Notes under the pieces: generated by a model
Told to the model about the DNA's origin: nothing
Seen by the model: the letters and a program-made list of their open reading frames with translations, nothing else
Database searches by the model: none
Shown here: positions 1 through 13,702 of the stretch, one piece after another
Layout of the letters: each line of letters opens with the position of its first letter
Numbering within the stretch: the first letter of the stretch is position 1
Source: Octopus sinensis
Taxonomy: Eukaryota
Assembly (NCBI RefSeq): GCF_006345805.1
Contig: NC_043003.1
Span: 4,092,001-4,156,000, forward strand
Direction of reading: 5' to 3'
Length of the DNA: 64,000 nt
Made by a program: the position numbers and the translations under genes

Positions 1-3000
1 AACCACTTCCAAACCCAAGCAGTAACTCCAGCCCATGTTCTTGGTGGGAGCTGCTGCAATAAACCATTTAGAATTTGGTCAGTGTGTGTGTGTGTGTTTT
101 ATAAATGAAGGTTTTGTATTAAAGTAGAAAAGGAAAATAGGATGCAAATTTTCAGAATATCAAAACTATGTTGAAAGATTAAAAGGTTTTAGTGTAATTC
201 TTCCCATGTTAACTTATTGGGCCTCCTTCGGTTACCGGACATTTAGACTTGTGTTTATGTGAGAGACATTACAAGAAAGGTTCATATATAACAGAGGTAT
301 TTTGTGTTAGGGGTTATGTTTATCACATCAAGTGCCAATGAGGTTTCTTTGTTAGGGGGCCACTAAAGTGTCGCGTTAAAAACAAAGCTAACCCCTTACA
401 ATAATGATGTACTGAAAGTATACTTTTGAATCTGTTGAAAGTTAATTTAAGGATGTCCTTAATTAAGATTTAATTTAGTGGGGGTTAGAACACGTTTGTG
501 GAATATGCAAATATGATTGCAAACCTCAGGTTTGTAAATTAGCATACTACCCAGAGAAACATGTCTCATGTCTGCTTGATGTTATAAAAGTGCAGTTAAG
601 GGCTCCCCAAGGTTCATGAAGGGTTTGACTTCCAAAGACACACACACACACACATATACAAGAACATACACACACACAGAGTTGTCATTGAAATATTTTC
701 TGACCCAACTTTTTATACAAGATGCAGTGATGTTTTTTAGTTTCTCAGCAATTCAAGAATCTTCTAACAGCAAACCTCTCAGTAAACAACATGTCACCTT
801 GGCTCATACATATTTCTTCTCCATTTTACAATTTATACATCTTTTATTACATTTTTTTCAAACTTTTTTTTAATGAAATTAAACACAAAATTCCTAAAAT
901 CCCCCCCCCCCCAATTTATAACTGGAATCCAAGTATTCTTCTACCCCAGGGCTAACACATCCCGTTCCAGGCTGATGTCCACCCACCCTCCACTCTGACA
1001 ATTCTTTATTATCCACAGGTGCCTTGTCTTTTAATTCTTTTTGCAGGGTCTGGACCGACATCCAGCCATTTGGCTGTTCTTTTTATGACCATCTATGGCT
1101 CTCCATACAAATACACAGTGATACTTTTATGCGTTACACACACACACACACATGCACAGACACACACCCACACTTAGCTTTTAGTAAGTGTACATGCACA
1201 CATAATTTTTTACCTGCATATATATATATATATATACACCAGATATAAACACTCACACACAGAAGCATTGGATGGTTTTGTTCTGAAATTATTAACCGAG
1301 AGTATCTCTACATGTGTTTCAGTAATGTTAGTAAGACTGGAATCACATAAGGCTACCGTTTCTAATATTAACTCTGATAATGTGTTGACGTACATGATGG
1401 TAGCCCCTGACATCCAGTCACCACTGAAACCTGTATAAAGATGCCAAAGGAACCAATGATTTCTCAACAAAACTGTCCAGCCTTATTATTTCTATGTAGT
1501 TATACTCTGTGGTCTTTGTAATTCAGAAACTAGAAGCAAGAAATTAGGACTAAAATCTGCCAATTCTCTTCATTGGTTTCTCTCTTACACCGTAGAGCCA
1601 CATGAAGTATTCCAAACACTGGTTGTGTATGTCAGGCAGCTTAATTTACATTATGTGTGTGTGTGGTGTGTGTGTGTGTCTAAAATATATATGTGTGTGT
1701 GTACACATAATTCTTTCATATTTTTTTTAGACAAGTATGGAATTATATGCATGTACACATATATATATATTTAAACTTATGTATACATACATATGTATAG
1801 ATATCTACGATTGTATGCATTCATGTGTATATTTATTACACACAATTTTGAAGGTATACACACACACACACACATATATGCATCAATACATACGAACTGA
1901 ACACTTGGTTCTCACATTGGTTATTATTATTATTATTATTATTATTCCACTCAGGTTGATGTTTTTTTTTTCCTTTCATCCTTTTGTGGGGGGGTCAATG
2001 AAACAAGTACCAGTTAAACATCAGGGTGGATGTAATCAACATCCACCCCCACCCCACCCACTAAAAAAATTACTTGTGCTAGAAAGGATTATGATTATTA
2101 TTATTATTATTGTGGTTGTTGTTATTGTTGGTGCTCAATGTTAGAGCATTGGGTTGAGACGAACAGGTTTGAGGTTAACCGTTTCCATAGCAACTGTTAC
2201 AGTTCTCTCTATTCACCTCATGTACATAAAAGTCTTGAAAGGATTCTTTTAGTTACCTTTCACTCAATGTGTTTTGAGGTTGTATTGAAGAACACTTTCA
2301 CTAAAACAAAGTATTGCACATATTATCTGCAGGGGTCATTTAGCCCTTGGTCAGACGTCAAGCAGATCAAAGCTATTCCAACCATGACCATCTTGTTCAA
2401 CATCTAGAACTACATTCTCTAATGGGTCCTTTCATTTTAATGGCAATTGGATGTGATATGTGTATGGGTTGACTGCTGTTTCTTGCATGGTAATTGACTG
2501 CATAGAAAGACCCTCATTAGATCAGCTGTGATGTGCAGGAGAGAAATGGGGCCACAGAGGGGACACCCTTGAGCTAACTTGTTTAGAAAAGAGATTTCAG
2601 TGTTGAGCCCTTTATGTCATTTCAAACCTTGTGTTCAACAATAGTAATAATAATAATAATAGCAACAACAACAACAATAGTGTTTCAATGTGAGAAAAAA
2701 GGGGTCATTTTTTTTTTTTTTTTTTTTTTTTTTAAGTTATTGAATAAGCCAAACCCTAAAATTGTGTTTATGTAGAATTGGTGTCACAGATCTTCACCTA
2801 AACACACATTACACATATTTTATGTAACTTCAGACCCTTGAAAATTAAAAGTAGACCCAACTATGAAGAAAAAAAGGCAGTCAAGATTTGGATGAAAATT
2901 ATTTATTTAGTTCTTTCAGCTCTTTGAGGGAATTCGTCAGGAATGATTTCATAAAGAAAATTCTTACCTCTTATATATACGTAAGTGGGCAAACAAAATC

Positions 3001-4017
3001 TGGAATTGAATGTGTTTTTTGGGGGGTTCTGGAAATGACAAAGAACGTCTCAAATAACCAGACCCCAAAGCACCCTGTTGCCAAAATCCAAGGAAACAAA
3101 TTCCACTCAGATTTTTTTCAATTTACTCACACATATATGTGAAAGGTATCATCTACAAGACATCATTCATGATGAACCCCTAGTAAAAAGGGGACAAAAG
3201 GCACTATAGTACCTTTCATCCAAATCTGATTACCTCCTTTTTTCTTAATATATAAAATCTGCACATGATATATATATATATATATATATCTTTTATACAT
3301 ACATACGTATACACATAGTGGTTGTGATGGAGACACTGTTTATGGTGGCATCGACTGTCACAATCTTTTATAGAGTGATTTTTGTGGATAATTTCTACAG
3401 ATTTTTTTTGTTGTTGTTGTTTCTGTTTACAATATATATATTTTTTTTTTGCAACAGATTTTTTTTTTAAATGATAATATAAATGTACAAATAATGATGG
3501 TGTAATTTTAACCCTAAAAAAAATGTGTTAACTAACAACAACAATAGTAATTAATAATAATAATACAGTTATAATAAAATTAATGATAACATTGATGATG
3601 ACGATAATAACAATAATAATAATAATATTAATAATGAAAAAGAAAAAGAAGCAAGCAAAACAACATATCTTTTGTGTTCTAAGAATTGGGGACAAAAGCC
3701 TTAAGTCAATTAAAAAAAAAAAACGAAACAAATGACACTCACAAACCTTCGTCCTCTCTTCCATGGTTTTTTTTTTTATATAAAAAGACAAATTTGCTCT
3801 TTGTTTTGTTGTTTGTTTGAGGATATGTGAATAGTTTCTTCTATATTTTTGTAAGAAAGTAAATAAAAATCATCCAAGATTTTCTGTTTAATTCAGACTT
3901 ATCTTTTTATTATTTATTTATTAATTTTTTTTGTTGTGTTTCTGCAGCTGTTTTTGGTTCTTTTACTCTTTGCCTGACCCATTGCACCACATAAGATGCA
4001 GAGGACGCATATCATTA

Positions 4018-4064
<47 letters not shown>

Positions 4065-4068
<4 letters not shown>

Positions 4069-4260
4069 CCTCGTGCTGGTGGCATGTAAAAGCACCCACT
4101 ACACTCACAGAGTGGTTGGTGTTAAGAAGGGCATCCAGCCGTAGAAACTCTGCCAGATCAAGATTGGAGTCCGGTGCAGCCATCTGGTTCGCCAGACCTC
4201 AGTTAAAATCGTCCAACCCATGCTAGCATGGAAAGTGGACGTTAAACGATGATGATGATG
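4065..4260 (+). mobile_element. 3' part of a cephalopod-type SINE ending in a (GAT)n tail
   Basis: GGTTGGTGTTAAGAAGGGCATCCAGCCGTAGAAAC...CATGCTAGCATGGAAAGTGGACGTTAAAC followed by GATGATGATGAT; starts right after a (TA)n run. Family recognised from memory. Confidence 0.7.
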
Positions 4261-4429
4261 GCCATTGTTATCATTAATATATATATATATATATATAATA
4301 CACATTCACATTGTTTTACAACCCATCAGACTGACTTGGGACTTAAGTGTCATACTACTCAGAACCCATGAAACAAAGGCTAAGAAAAAGAGTGAAAACA
4401 ATCGCGGAGAAACATATGGAAGTGTTTTT

Positions 4430-4750
4430 GAGAGGCAAAGGGTTAGGGTTAAGAAGTTTGCTTCCCAAGCACACGGTTTCAGGTTCAGTCCTACTGCATG
4501 GTACCTTGGGTAACTGTCTTCTACTAAAGCTCTAGGCCGACCAAAGCCTTCTCAATGGATTTGGTAGGCGAAAATCGAAAGAAACCCATCGTGTGTGTGT
4601 TGTTCTCCATCATTCCTTGACAACCGGTGTCGGTTTGTTTGCTTACTAAGAAACCGATAAAATAAGTACTAAGATCAATTCGTTCGACTAAAATCTATCA
4701 AGGCGATGCCCCAGCATGGCCACAGCCTAATAACTGAAACAAGTGAAAGA
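4430..4750 (+). mobile_element. tRNA-derived SINE, family B (CORE-like CCTTGGGCAAGT motif)
   Basis: B-box-like GGTTCAGTCC, GGTACCTTGGGTAACTGTCTTCTAC, GAAAGAAACCC, internal GT repeat and 3' CCAGCATGGCCACAG..GAAACAAG. Homologous to the 8322, 26812 and 42236 copies. Confidence 0.8.
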
Positions 4751-4753
4751 TAA

Positions 4754-5095
4754 TCTCTCTATATATAAACGGCAAAATGTCTGTGTGTGTCCCCTTTATA
4801 CAAATCCACAATTTTTCAGTTAGAGGGCTCGCACTTTCTATGGTCATTCAAAACCGTCCAAGGGTGGTCGTGCACATCTTTACGTTTCCCCAGTCACCCT
4901 GCAAAGCCATTAAAAAATCAATAGAAGTTACTTTTTTGTGAATTTTCTATCAAAATCCCTGAAACTTGATACACCAATTGAATGCTAGCTAGCTGTATGC
5001 GATTGGTCGGAGATTTGGACAGTTCTCGCGTGTATGTGCGCACGCCCGCAGCTGTATATGCATGCACTAGCACTATGATGAAACAGCCGGCGATG
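4754..5095 (+). mobile_element. Non-autonomous Helitron-like element
   Basis: Starts A|TCTCTCTATATATAAA. The body is the reverse complement of 44390-44690 and ends near CACTAGCACTA. Confidence 0.6.
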
Positions 5096-5959
5096 CTTGA
5101 ACTTGGAAAGCAACACCTCATTACGTGGTACACCACACACACACGTCTCTCTCTCTCTCTCTCTCTCCTTTAATATCGTGAATATAAGCGATCAAGAAGC
5201 AATGTTAAGCGAGAAAGGTTTCTTTAGCAGCGTAATGCTATTCAGACCGGACCTGTTTTGAGATATCTTCTGGGTGGAAGCGCGTTTGTATTGTTCAACA
5301 AACGATGGAAACAGATAAATACCTGACGCTGGGGTTAAAGTGAAGTGGTGCGTGTAATGCTTGGGAGAGGAACTAGAGATTAATTCTAGGATTTTAATTC
5401 GGTAAAGGAACATGATGTATTGTAAAATTATAAGTGTGAAAAATGGAAAAAAAGCAGAGTGGTCGATGATTCGAAGACGAAATAAAAATGTTGATTGGAA
5501 AAAGTTCGAAGAGTCTCAAGACAACAGGTTTCCATCTTATTCCATATTGTAACTTTCAACTGCCTACCTGAGCCATACCATCCAGCACTCACCTCCAATT
5601 ATTATAACTGAATATTTAAATTAAATTAAGAAATCTTGAGTAATTAAAATTAGAATAACGCATGCGCTAAAGGGAAGACCATCTTGATCACCAGAGCTAA
5701 TATTAATATTTTTTTTTCTACTCAACAACCTAATGGTATTTAAGCGGAACTAAAAGAATGAGATAGTAAGATGACTTCTGAGATGACCCGGAACCGTTTT
5801 TGATTTTATAGTTCAGCGAGGAAAGATAACTACGAACATATTTCAATCGTATTAAACTTCTTCAGCGAATCGTATCCATTAGTTGCTAGATCAGTGATTA
5901 GAGACAACAACCCCCCCACTATATACATATAACGATTTCAAATTTTGTCACAAGATCAG

Positions 5960-6626
5960 CAGGACGAAAGGCAAAAATCGACATCGGCGGAATTTGAACT
6001 CGGAACGCAAAGACGGACGAAATACCACTTAGCATTTTGTCCGGCGTGCTAACGATTCTTTTCTACTCCTGGCACAAGGCCCGAAATTTTTGGGGAATGA
6101 GCCAGTCGATTTGCTTGACCCCACTACGCAACTAGTACTTAATTTATCGACCCCGAAAGGATGACAGGCAAAATCGACCTCAGCGGAATTTGAACTCAGA
6201 ACCCTAGCGACGGGCAAAATACCTATTTCTTTACTCCCCACAAGGGGCTAAACACAGAGAGGACAAACGGATTAAGTCGATTATACCGACCCCAGTGCGT
6301 AACTGGTACTTATTTAATCGACCCCAGAATAATGAAAGGCAAAGTCGACCTCGGCGGAATTTGAACTCAGAACGTAGCGGCAGACGAAATACTGCTAAGC
6401 ATTTCGCCCGGCGTGCTAACGGTTCTTTTCTACTCCTAGCACAAGGCCCGAAATTTTGGGGGAATGGGCCAGTCGATTTGAATAACCCCAGTACGCAACT
6501 AGTACTTAATTTATCGACCCCGAAAAGTCGACCTCGGTGGAACTTAAACTTAGATCGGAGCGATGGGCGAAATGCCGCTACGCATTTCGTCCAGCATGCT
6601 AACGATTCTGCCAGGTCACCGCCTTA
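5960..6626 (-). mobile_element. Concatemer of 4 tRNA-derived SINE units, family A (Meta/MESC-like central domain)
   Basis: Repeated GAAAGGCAAAGTCGACCTCGGCGGAATTTGAACTC (minus strand: B-box GTTCAAATTCC plus GTCGACTTTGCCTTTCATCC); truncated units joined head to tail. Confidence 0.9.
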
Positions 6627-6794
6627 TATACACATATGATAATGTTGATTTGATAAGGTGAGAGCAAAATGAACATGGGATGACATATATCAGTATTGTG
6701 ATTTAAGGGTCTGTCACTGATTATTTCTGTGTGTAAAGACCAGGCAAAAGGACTAAATTGGAACAATATTTAAGCTGGATTCATCATTTGTCTT

Positions 6795-7025
6795 TTTCTT
6801 TACTACCCACAAGGGGCTAAACATAGAGGGGACAAACAAGGACAGACAAACGGATTAAGTCGTTTACATCGACCCCAGTGTGTATCTGGTACTTAATTTA
6901 TCGACTCCGAAAGGATGAAAGGCAAAGTCGACCTCGGCGGAATTTGAACTCAGAACGTAACGGCAGACGAAATACGGCTACGCATTTCGCCCGGCGTGCT
7001 AACGATTCTGCCAGCTCGTCGCCTT
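6795..7025 (-). mobile_element. Full-length family A SINE
   Basis: Minus strand reads GGCGACGAGCTGGCAGAATCGTTAGC (A-box region), GTTCAAATTCC (B-box), central domain and tail CCCCTTGTGGGTAGTAAAGAAA. Confidence 0.9.
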
Positions 7026-8321
7026 TTCATCATTTCTCATTGAAGACAAATGAAAAGATTAAATATTGCAACACTAAAGAAGGTCAGTTAATCCTGCTGT
7101 TGGTTAGAATTTCTGTAATATTTCGAGTCTCTAAGATGTCGTATATGAACAAGCGTTTCAGGGATGGCGGCTTCTTGCACCAGTTTCTTAACACACCTGT
7201 AATTCAAAGACGCCACACAAAGCTTCCCCTGAAGAGATAATTAGAGCAGATGTTGCTGGGAAGTTCATTAAGATGTCTTCGTGAATGGTCGTTCTTACTT
7301 CCGACTGTTTCCACCCAGCTTGTCACGTGTTCTCTGACCAATATATACCAACTGGGATGATTAGAAGCAATCTAATTAACAAAATGTAATTGAATATCAA
7401 CAAAAGTAATTTCCTACACAAGAACTCATCAAAGAAAACTAATTATGGTTGTTAATTGTAAAACTATGTTAAGGAAGCCGAGAGTTCGACGATGACTTAC
7501 AAGTTAGTTACTAGGTTTGTTTAGTTAATTAACAGTAGTCTAATTACATCTTACCACACATACCCCGATATCTTATCCGACTACCCCGATATCTTGCGTG
7601 TAAATAGATAGATCGGTTACAGAGAATGTATGTGTATGGGATGGGAGGGGGTGATAGTACCTTAAACTATTTAGATAGTCAGAGAGGGGCTAGGGTGATG
7701 CCCGTAGCCTTTCCAGGGTCTCTAGTAATGGTGGGAAGTTAAAAGTTATATTGGAGATTGGAAACATGTATCAAATTCTTGTAACACAGTGGATTACAAT
7801 AAAGGCCTGTAAGGACCAGGGGTTGGTATTTCAATAAAGGACTGTAAGGGCCAGGGGCCAGTGGTCGATAGATTAGGTCTATCGCCTAAGAACATGAACT
7901 ACTCCTCTGCCGGGTTTCTCCACAGTTTTCATTAAATTGTACTCACTAGGTGCATGTCCATGATATTTTATCTTCCAAATGAAAGGGAAAATGTTTTCTT
8001 TCCTGGGAGACGCCCAAACGAAAAGATTTGGACTGCACAAAGCAGTAAAAACACAAAAGGTAAAAAGAAAAAAATCTTAAAGAAACACAATAAAAAAATA
8101 TGACGCAAAATGAAAACAAATAACATTCCAAGAGAAAAACAGAGCAGAAAACGGGTTTGACGACAACAACAATGAGAAGAATAACAGCAACGAACATGAA
8201 AGATATAACGTCAAACGAGAATAAGGAAACAAAAAACATTCTCATAAACATGCTTTCAACAACAACAACAACAACAACAAATGAAAAAAAAGGAAAGAAA
8301 AAAACTAAATATGGAATATTC

Positions 8322-8748
8322 TTTTATTTGTTTGTCCTTTGACTGAGGCCATGCTGGAGCACCGCCTTTAGTCGAACCAATCGACCCCAGGACTTATTCT
8401 TTGTAAGCCTAGTACTTATTCTATCGGTTTCTTTTTGTCGAACTGCTAAGTTACACACCAACATCGGTTGTCAAGCGATGGTGGGAGAACAAACATAGAC
8501 ACAAATATATACATACATACATACACACACGCACACACACACACACACACACATGCATATAATATATATATATATACACGACGGGCTTCTTTCAGTTTCC
8601 ATGTATCAAATCTATTCACAAGGCTTTGGTCGGCCCGAGGCTGAAGCTATAGTAAAAGACACTTGCCCAAGGTGCCACGCAGTGTGACTGAACCCGGAAC
8701 CATGTGGTTGGTAAGCAACCTTCTTACCACACGGCCACTCCTGCGCCT
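8322..8748 (-). mobile_element. Full-length family B SINE
   Basis: Minus strand: GGCGCAGGAGTGGCCGTGTGGTAAG, GGTTCAGTCAC, CACCTTGGGCAAGTGTC, internal CA/TA microsatellite, 3' GGCGGTGCTCCAGCATGGCC. Confidence 0.9.
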
Positions 8749-8809
8749 AGTCAACTTTTGGTGATGTGTAGTTGGGCGGATTTACTATGAAAATACAAGG
8801 TTTTCTGAC

Positions 8810-8964
8810 CCCGCTCAAAACAACATCAGAACTTTGTTGAGTGTAAAAAGAAGGACTTAAAATGGAAAAGAAATGGGTGCAGAAAGTCCAATTGTTATAT
8901 TTGTAACAATAAAAGCCATTTTAAGTGTTTTTGTCCAGAAGGTCCGAAAGAACGGAAGCAATAA
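8810..8964 (+). pseudogene. Degenerate Gag/ORF1-like fragment with a CCHC zinc knuckle
   Basis: One frame reads ...RNGCRKSNCYICNNKSHFKCFCPEGPKERKQ*, giving an exact C-x2-C-x4-H-x4-C at 8893-8934. The frame is bounded by stops. Confidence 0.45.
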
Positions 8965-9793
8965 GAACAAATGATACATGTCACCGATCCTGAGATGGCA
9001 TCGGGTATAAATTTGGGAGACGTAAAAAGATTGTCGCGTTCCCATTGCCAGGAACGAACTGCGAAACTCTTTGTCTCCCAGTCACAACTAGCGACAACAA
9101 CGACAACGACGGTGAGAACTAAGCGAATTGGAAGTACTCTTCTTATAAAGAGGAGGGGAACCAACGTCTTGTTAGAAGGATCCAGTTTCGTTTTGGTTGA
9201 ACGAAATGACTTTTACAGTCCTTCACAAAGCTAGGATCTGACGAGATGCTTATACGACATTCACCAGAAATTTCCAGACGTAATCTGGATCGGAATAGAA
9301 ATGGCATCAAATTCCAAACTGTATAAAAAAGAGAATATTAAAAAAACCTTTCGTGTAGAAATTCTGAAATGTTATGTTGACAACGATCCACAAGACATTG
9401 TCCTTCCCTTGTGCACTTCACGGAAGATACGGGAATATCACAGTAGTTTTATTTACTAAGATGGCAAAGCGAATGCATTAATAGTAACGCGGGGTATCTA
9501 GGCAAAAGGATTTTAAAATTGTATATAGATAGCTTGTTTTAATTGTTGCATTTTATTGTGTATTTTTGGTTTTTGCATTCCGTTAAAAAATTTGTGTCTT
9601 TTTATAAATCTTTAAAAGCAGTCTCATGAATATTGTAAAATGTCTTTCAATCCAGCCCTCGTCTTTGTATATTTTCTCCGCCACACCTACACCTCTTTGT
9701 AAACCCCTCTCTCTAAGGCTTGTTTTTTCGAAATATTTTTGTATCTCTGAGCTCTTTTGGTTATATTATTATTATTATTATTATTATTATTAA

Positions 9794-9970
9794 GGCGGTT
9801 ATCGGCACTTCGCCCGTCGCTACGTTCTGAGTTCAAATTCCGCCGAAGTCAACTTTGCCTTTCATCCTTTCGGGGGTCGATAAATTAAGTACCAGTCAAG
9901 CATTGGGGTTGATGTAATCGATTTATTTCCCCTCCTTAAAATTGCTGGCCTTGTACCAAAATTTGAAACC
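9794..9970 (+). mobile_element. Family A SINE with a 5' internal deletion, between (ATT)n tracts
   Basis: GTTCAAATTCCGCCGAAGTCAACTTTGCCTTTCATCCTTTCGGGGGTCG; 3' CAAAATTTGAAACC followed by ATT repeats. Confidence 0.8.
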
Positions 9971-10544
9971 ATTATTATTAGAATGTCAAAAATACCCAGA
10001 ATCTGGTCACCCATGCCTTTAAGTTAACAAACCGCGTTGATAATTCGTTAAACAAACAACCATGAAACTTAGAGAGGAAGTGACCCAAGTGAAATATTAA
10101 ACGAGATTTGATTAGATTTGATTGAGTTGTGTTTTATCTTTTGTCGTAATATCTTAACGTTGAATCAGAGATTTCGGAAGCTGAGGACTTTAACCTCCTA
10201 ACACTTGAAACCTCTCCTCATTGTGTTGTGGTGACTTGTCAAACTATATCGGTTGTAAAATAGATTGTGAACTTTAACAGGAGATAACAACTTGTTGTTG
10301 TTATTGCTGTTCGTCCCCAGGTCAGGCCTGATTTCGCACATTTATGAACAAATATATTGCCACGCCTTCGTTATCCGGTCGATTTTTAAGGCATTGTGTA
10401 CCCAAGGCTACATTATTCTAGATACAACGTTTCTTTCTCTTTTGAGGATGGTAAGTTCTGTGTGAGTGGTCACGTAAAGGTGTGTTGGTCATTACAGTAA
10501 TACAACACCGCTGTGCGTGTGTCGGGGAGAGAGAGAGAGAGTGC

Positions 10545-10579
10545 TTTTGGTCGGCGGAAACTAAAAGAAGCCCGTCGTG

Positions 10580-10667
<88 letters not shown>

Positions 10668-11170
10668 ATATATATATATGTGTGTGGTGTGTATGACGGG
10701 CTTCTATTTACATATGTATATACAGGGTTGGCCAAAAGTCACCTGACAGTAAAACAAAGTCCATTTAATTCCAAGATTAAAACAAAAAAATTATTTTATA
10801 TGAGATTTCTCTAATAAAATGACAAATGTTGAAGAAAAAAGACAGTGATTTTAACTCACGGCATTCAATCATTAAACATTCATAATTGGAACGAATAAAT
10901 AAAATTGAATATTAAATATTTATAGAATTTTGAGTCACTGTCGGGTGACTTTTGGTCAAGCCTGTATATACATGTGTATGTTTTGTGCGTGTGCTTGCCC
11001 ACCCCACGATTGCTTGACAACCGATGTTGGTGGATTTACATCCCAGTAACTTAGCGGTTCGGCAAAATATTTCGACAGAATTAGAACTTACAAAGTCCTG
11101 GGGGTCGATTTGTTTGATTAAAGGCAGTGCTCCAGCATGGCCACAGTCAATGACTGAAACAAGCAAAAGA
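10545..11170 (+). mobile_element. 5'-truncated family B SINE interrupted by a MITE
   Basis: GGAAACTAAAAGAAGCCCGTCG at about 10557. The 3' half TTGCTTGACAACCGATG...CCAGCATGGCCACAGTC resumes after 10966. Confidence 0.75.
10723..10964. mobile_element. Tc1/mariner-type MITE
   Basis: TIRs CAGGGTTGGCCAAAAGTCACCTGACAGT / ACTGTCGGGTGACTTTTGGTCAAGCCTG (3 mismatches), TA on both sides, AT-rich interior. Confidence 0.9.
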
Positions 11171-11179
11171 ATAAAAAAT

Positions 11180-11330
11180 ATATATACGACGGGCTTCTTT
11201 CAGTTTCCGTCAACCAAATCCACTCACAAGGCATTGGTCGGTGCGGGGCTATAGTAGAAGACATTTGCCCAAGGTGCCACGCAGTGGGACTGAACATATA
11301 GTTGTAGAGCAAACTTCTTATCCACAAGAA
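11180..11330 (-). mobile_element. 5' half of a family B SINE
   Basis: GACGGGCTTCTTTCAGTTTCCGTC...TTGCCCAAGGTGCCACGCAGTGGGACTGAAC matches the reverse complement of the family B head. Confidence 0.85.
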
Positions 11331-11345
11331 GAATAAACGCATTAA

Positions 11346-11509
11346 CCTTTTAAGGCCGGGTGTGGCTTTATTGACACACTGTTAAATTCTGAAGACGGGT
11401 GGAGGACATATTGTGTTATAAGCTATTTGATGGATTATCATCTTGTATCTTCTTGCTTTTTTTGCGTCCCGCATGAAAAGGCCAGCTATTTATACCTGAT
11501 CTTAAAGGG
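11346..11509. mobile_element. piggyBac-like MITE
   Basis: TTAA at 11342-11345 and 11510-11513 flanking CCTTTTAAGGCCGGGT / ACCTGATCTTAAAGGG imperfect TIRs. Confidence 0.6.
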
Positions 11510-12773
11510 TTAAGAACAAGGTGAAAGGAAATATTAAATTCACATTATAAATTAACATTACAGATACAAGAAATTTCGAAATATCAGTTCTTAATTATTT
11601 TATCTGTAAACTGATAGAGGGATACCAGGAGACAAACCAGTAAATATTTATATGATAATCTCTCTTCAACTTAGTGATGGCCGCTACAGACGAAGGAGAT
11701 AATAAATACTAGGACCAGGTTGTGACAAGGTTTGAGGGTCCAGAATATTTCGGGCTACGACATGGGGAGTGAGATTTCAACTACAAGATGCGTCTGTCTA
11801 CGAGGACGAGGCGAAAGGATGAGGTTCTTGCTGTTAAAAGCCTAGATGGTTCTATTTCTGGGGTTTATTGACAATGATGAGAAGAACTAATAAATGATAA
11901 ACTTGCTAAAAATTCTACCGATTCAGTTTGAAGGTTGAATTCGTCTGCTAAAAAATAGGGCTCAATGAATGCAGTTTAAATTTTCTTCTACAAAGACAAC
12001 AGGAGAAGTCTCTTCTTCCAAATTTAGAATATTGACTGGCAAGGTGACAACTTCTAGTGTTTCTGTAACACAGAAGTTACATTTAGTGCCAAGTCGATTG
12101 CATGTCTTCGTTGTTAATGTACTTTATAGATGAATTCACGATTTTTCTAAGTTGGACATTTTTTAAAAGTGAAGTAGAATGTCTTTTCGTTACGGTGTCT
12201 GAATGAATGTGTTGGTTGTGCGAATTGGGTCTTAAATTACTTTTCCGTAAGTGTGATACTTTGTATTCATACCGACTTCGTTTCAACATCAGTTGCGTAT
12301 ACTCGTTCCTAAAAGGCATCTGTTGCTTAGGAGGTAGCTTGTTGCATCTCTACAACTACATTCATTCAGCGGTTGATGTGTGGTGCGTCACTACTTTGTT
12401 GAGATTAAGAATTTAGATACAACTATACTTAACGTCAATTGTATTGCTATTAAAGATTTTCCTATATCTATATCTGGTGGCAAAATGTATTCTTCAAACA
12501 ATTCTCTAATGTTAATTTATGTTAAAACGCACATTTAAATTACATGGTGGATTGAACCATATAAATAACTTACTATTCAATCTAATAAGTCTAACAAAGG
12601 TAGTTTTAATGAAACTAATCGTCTTGCTAAAACTGCTTCTCCTTAATATAATATTTAAGAAGGGGCAGCTCTGTTAAATATGTCTGAAGATAAGCTGGAT
12701 TTACTCCTAGTTATATAACTGACTATATGTTTAACTGGGTGGTTGGAGCTTTTGCTGGTTTAGACGGAATATA

Positions 12774-12821
<48 letters not shown>

Positions 12822-12824
12822 TTG

Positions 12825-12992
12825 CGCACGCTGCATGACCGGCTTCTTTCAGATTCCGTCTACCAAATCCACTCACGAGGCTTTGGTCGGTCCGGAACTG
12901 TAGTAGAAGACATTTACTCAAGGTCTCACGCAGTGGGACTGAACCCGCAACCATATGATTCGAAAGCACGCTTCTTATCACACAGCTGCGCC
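12825..12992 (-). mobile_element. 5' half of a family B SINE
   Basis: CGGCTTCTTTCAGATTCCGTCTACCAAATCCACTCAC...GCAGTGGGACTGAACCC. Confidence 0.85.
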
Positions 12993-13034
12993 TTGCATAT
13001 GTATATATATTCATACATATTCATATATGCATCC

Positions 13035-13066
<32 letters not shown>

Positions 13067-13067
13067 C

Positions 13068-13250
13068 CTTCGCAACGTAGAGTAGATGAAACCTTTAGCG
13101 ACTGAAGAAGGGGTTTTTTCTTTGTGTTAATTGTCCCGTACTCTATTTTTTGTTGTTTTTAAAAAAAAATGTCCAGTTCCTTTGGTTTGTGTCTATGTTT
13201 TCGTTTCTCATTGTGTTCGACGTCCCTTTGGTGTCCTGTACTCATATATG
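13068..13250 (+). repeat. Possible Penelope-type terminal fragment with half a hammerhead core
   Basis: CTGAAGA-AGGGG at 13104 with no matching GAAA half, a pyrimidine-rich body and TA-rich flanks, similar in layout to the HHR-bearing repeats. Confidence 0.3.
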
Positions 13251-13331
13251 CGTGTATATGTACATGTAGAGGTAGGTACGTACATATATGTTTATATATA
13301 TGCATATGTTTTATTTTATTTATTAATATAT

Positions 13332-13391
<60 letters not shown>

Positions 13392-13656
13392 AGATATTAT
13401 AATAAAATGTTGATGTATTAAGATATATTAAATGCATAATATAGGTGGGCCATTAGCAATTAAAAATCAAAAAGGAATTAATAAAAGAGAGTGCGAAATA
13501 GCACCGGCGATTGTTAGAAATGAGAGTCAAAATTTAACTCGGAAAGCCACTAAAAACACTAACCTCATGATATTTCCGGGATTCGCGCACACCGAGCTAA
13601 ACAATCTTTCCATTGCGAGATAAACACACACACACAACACACACACACACACACAT

Positions 13657-13702
<46 letters not shown>

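Noticed and set aside
6940-7025. tRNA gene
   Set aside because: A/B-box-like motifs belong to SINE heads; no complete cloverleaf and the SINE body follows directly.
9200-9330. Minus-strand splice acceptor TTTTTTATACAG near 9320
   Set aside because: Downstream frames stop quickly or give no recognisable protein, and no convincing donor was seen.
11900-12400. Possible L1/Tx1 C-terminal zinc finger (CNFCVTETLE, minus strand)
   Set aside because: Only a partial motif with the His missing and no other LINE motifs recognisable; too weak to call.
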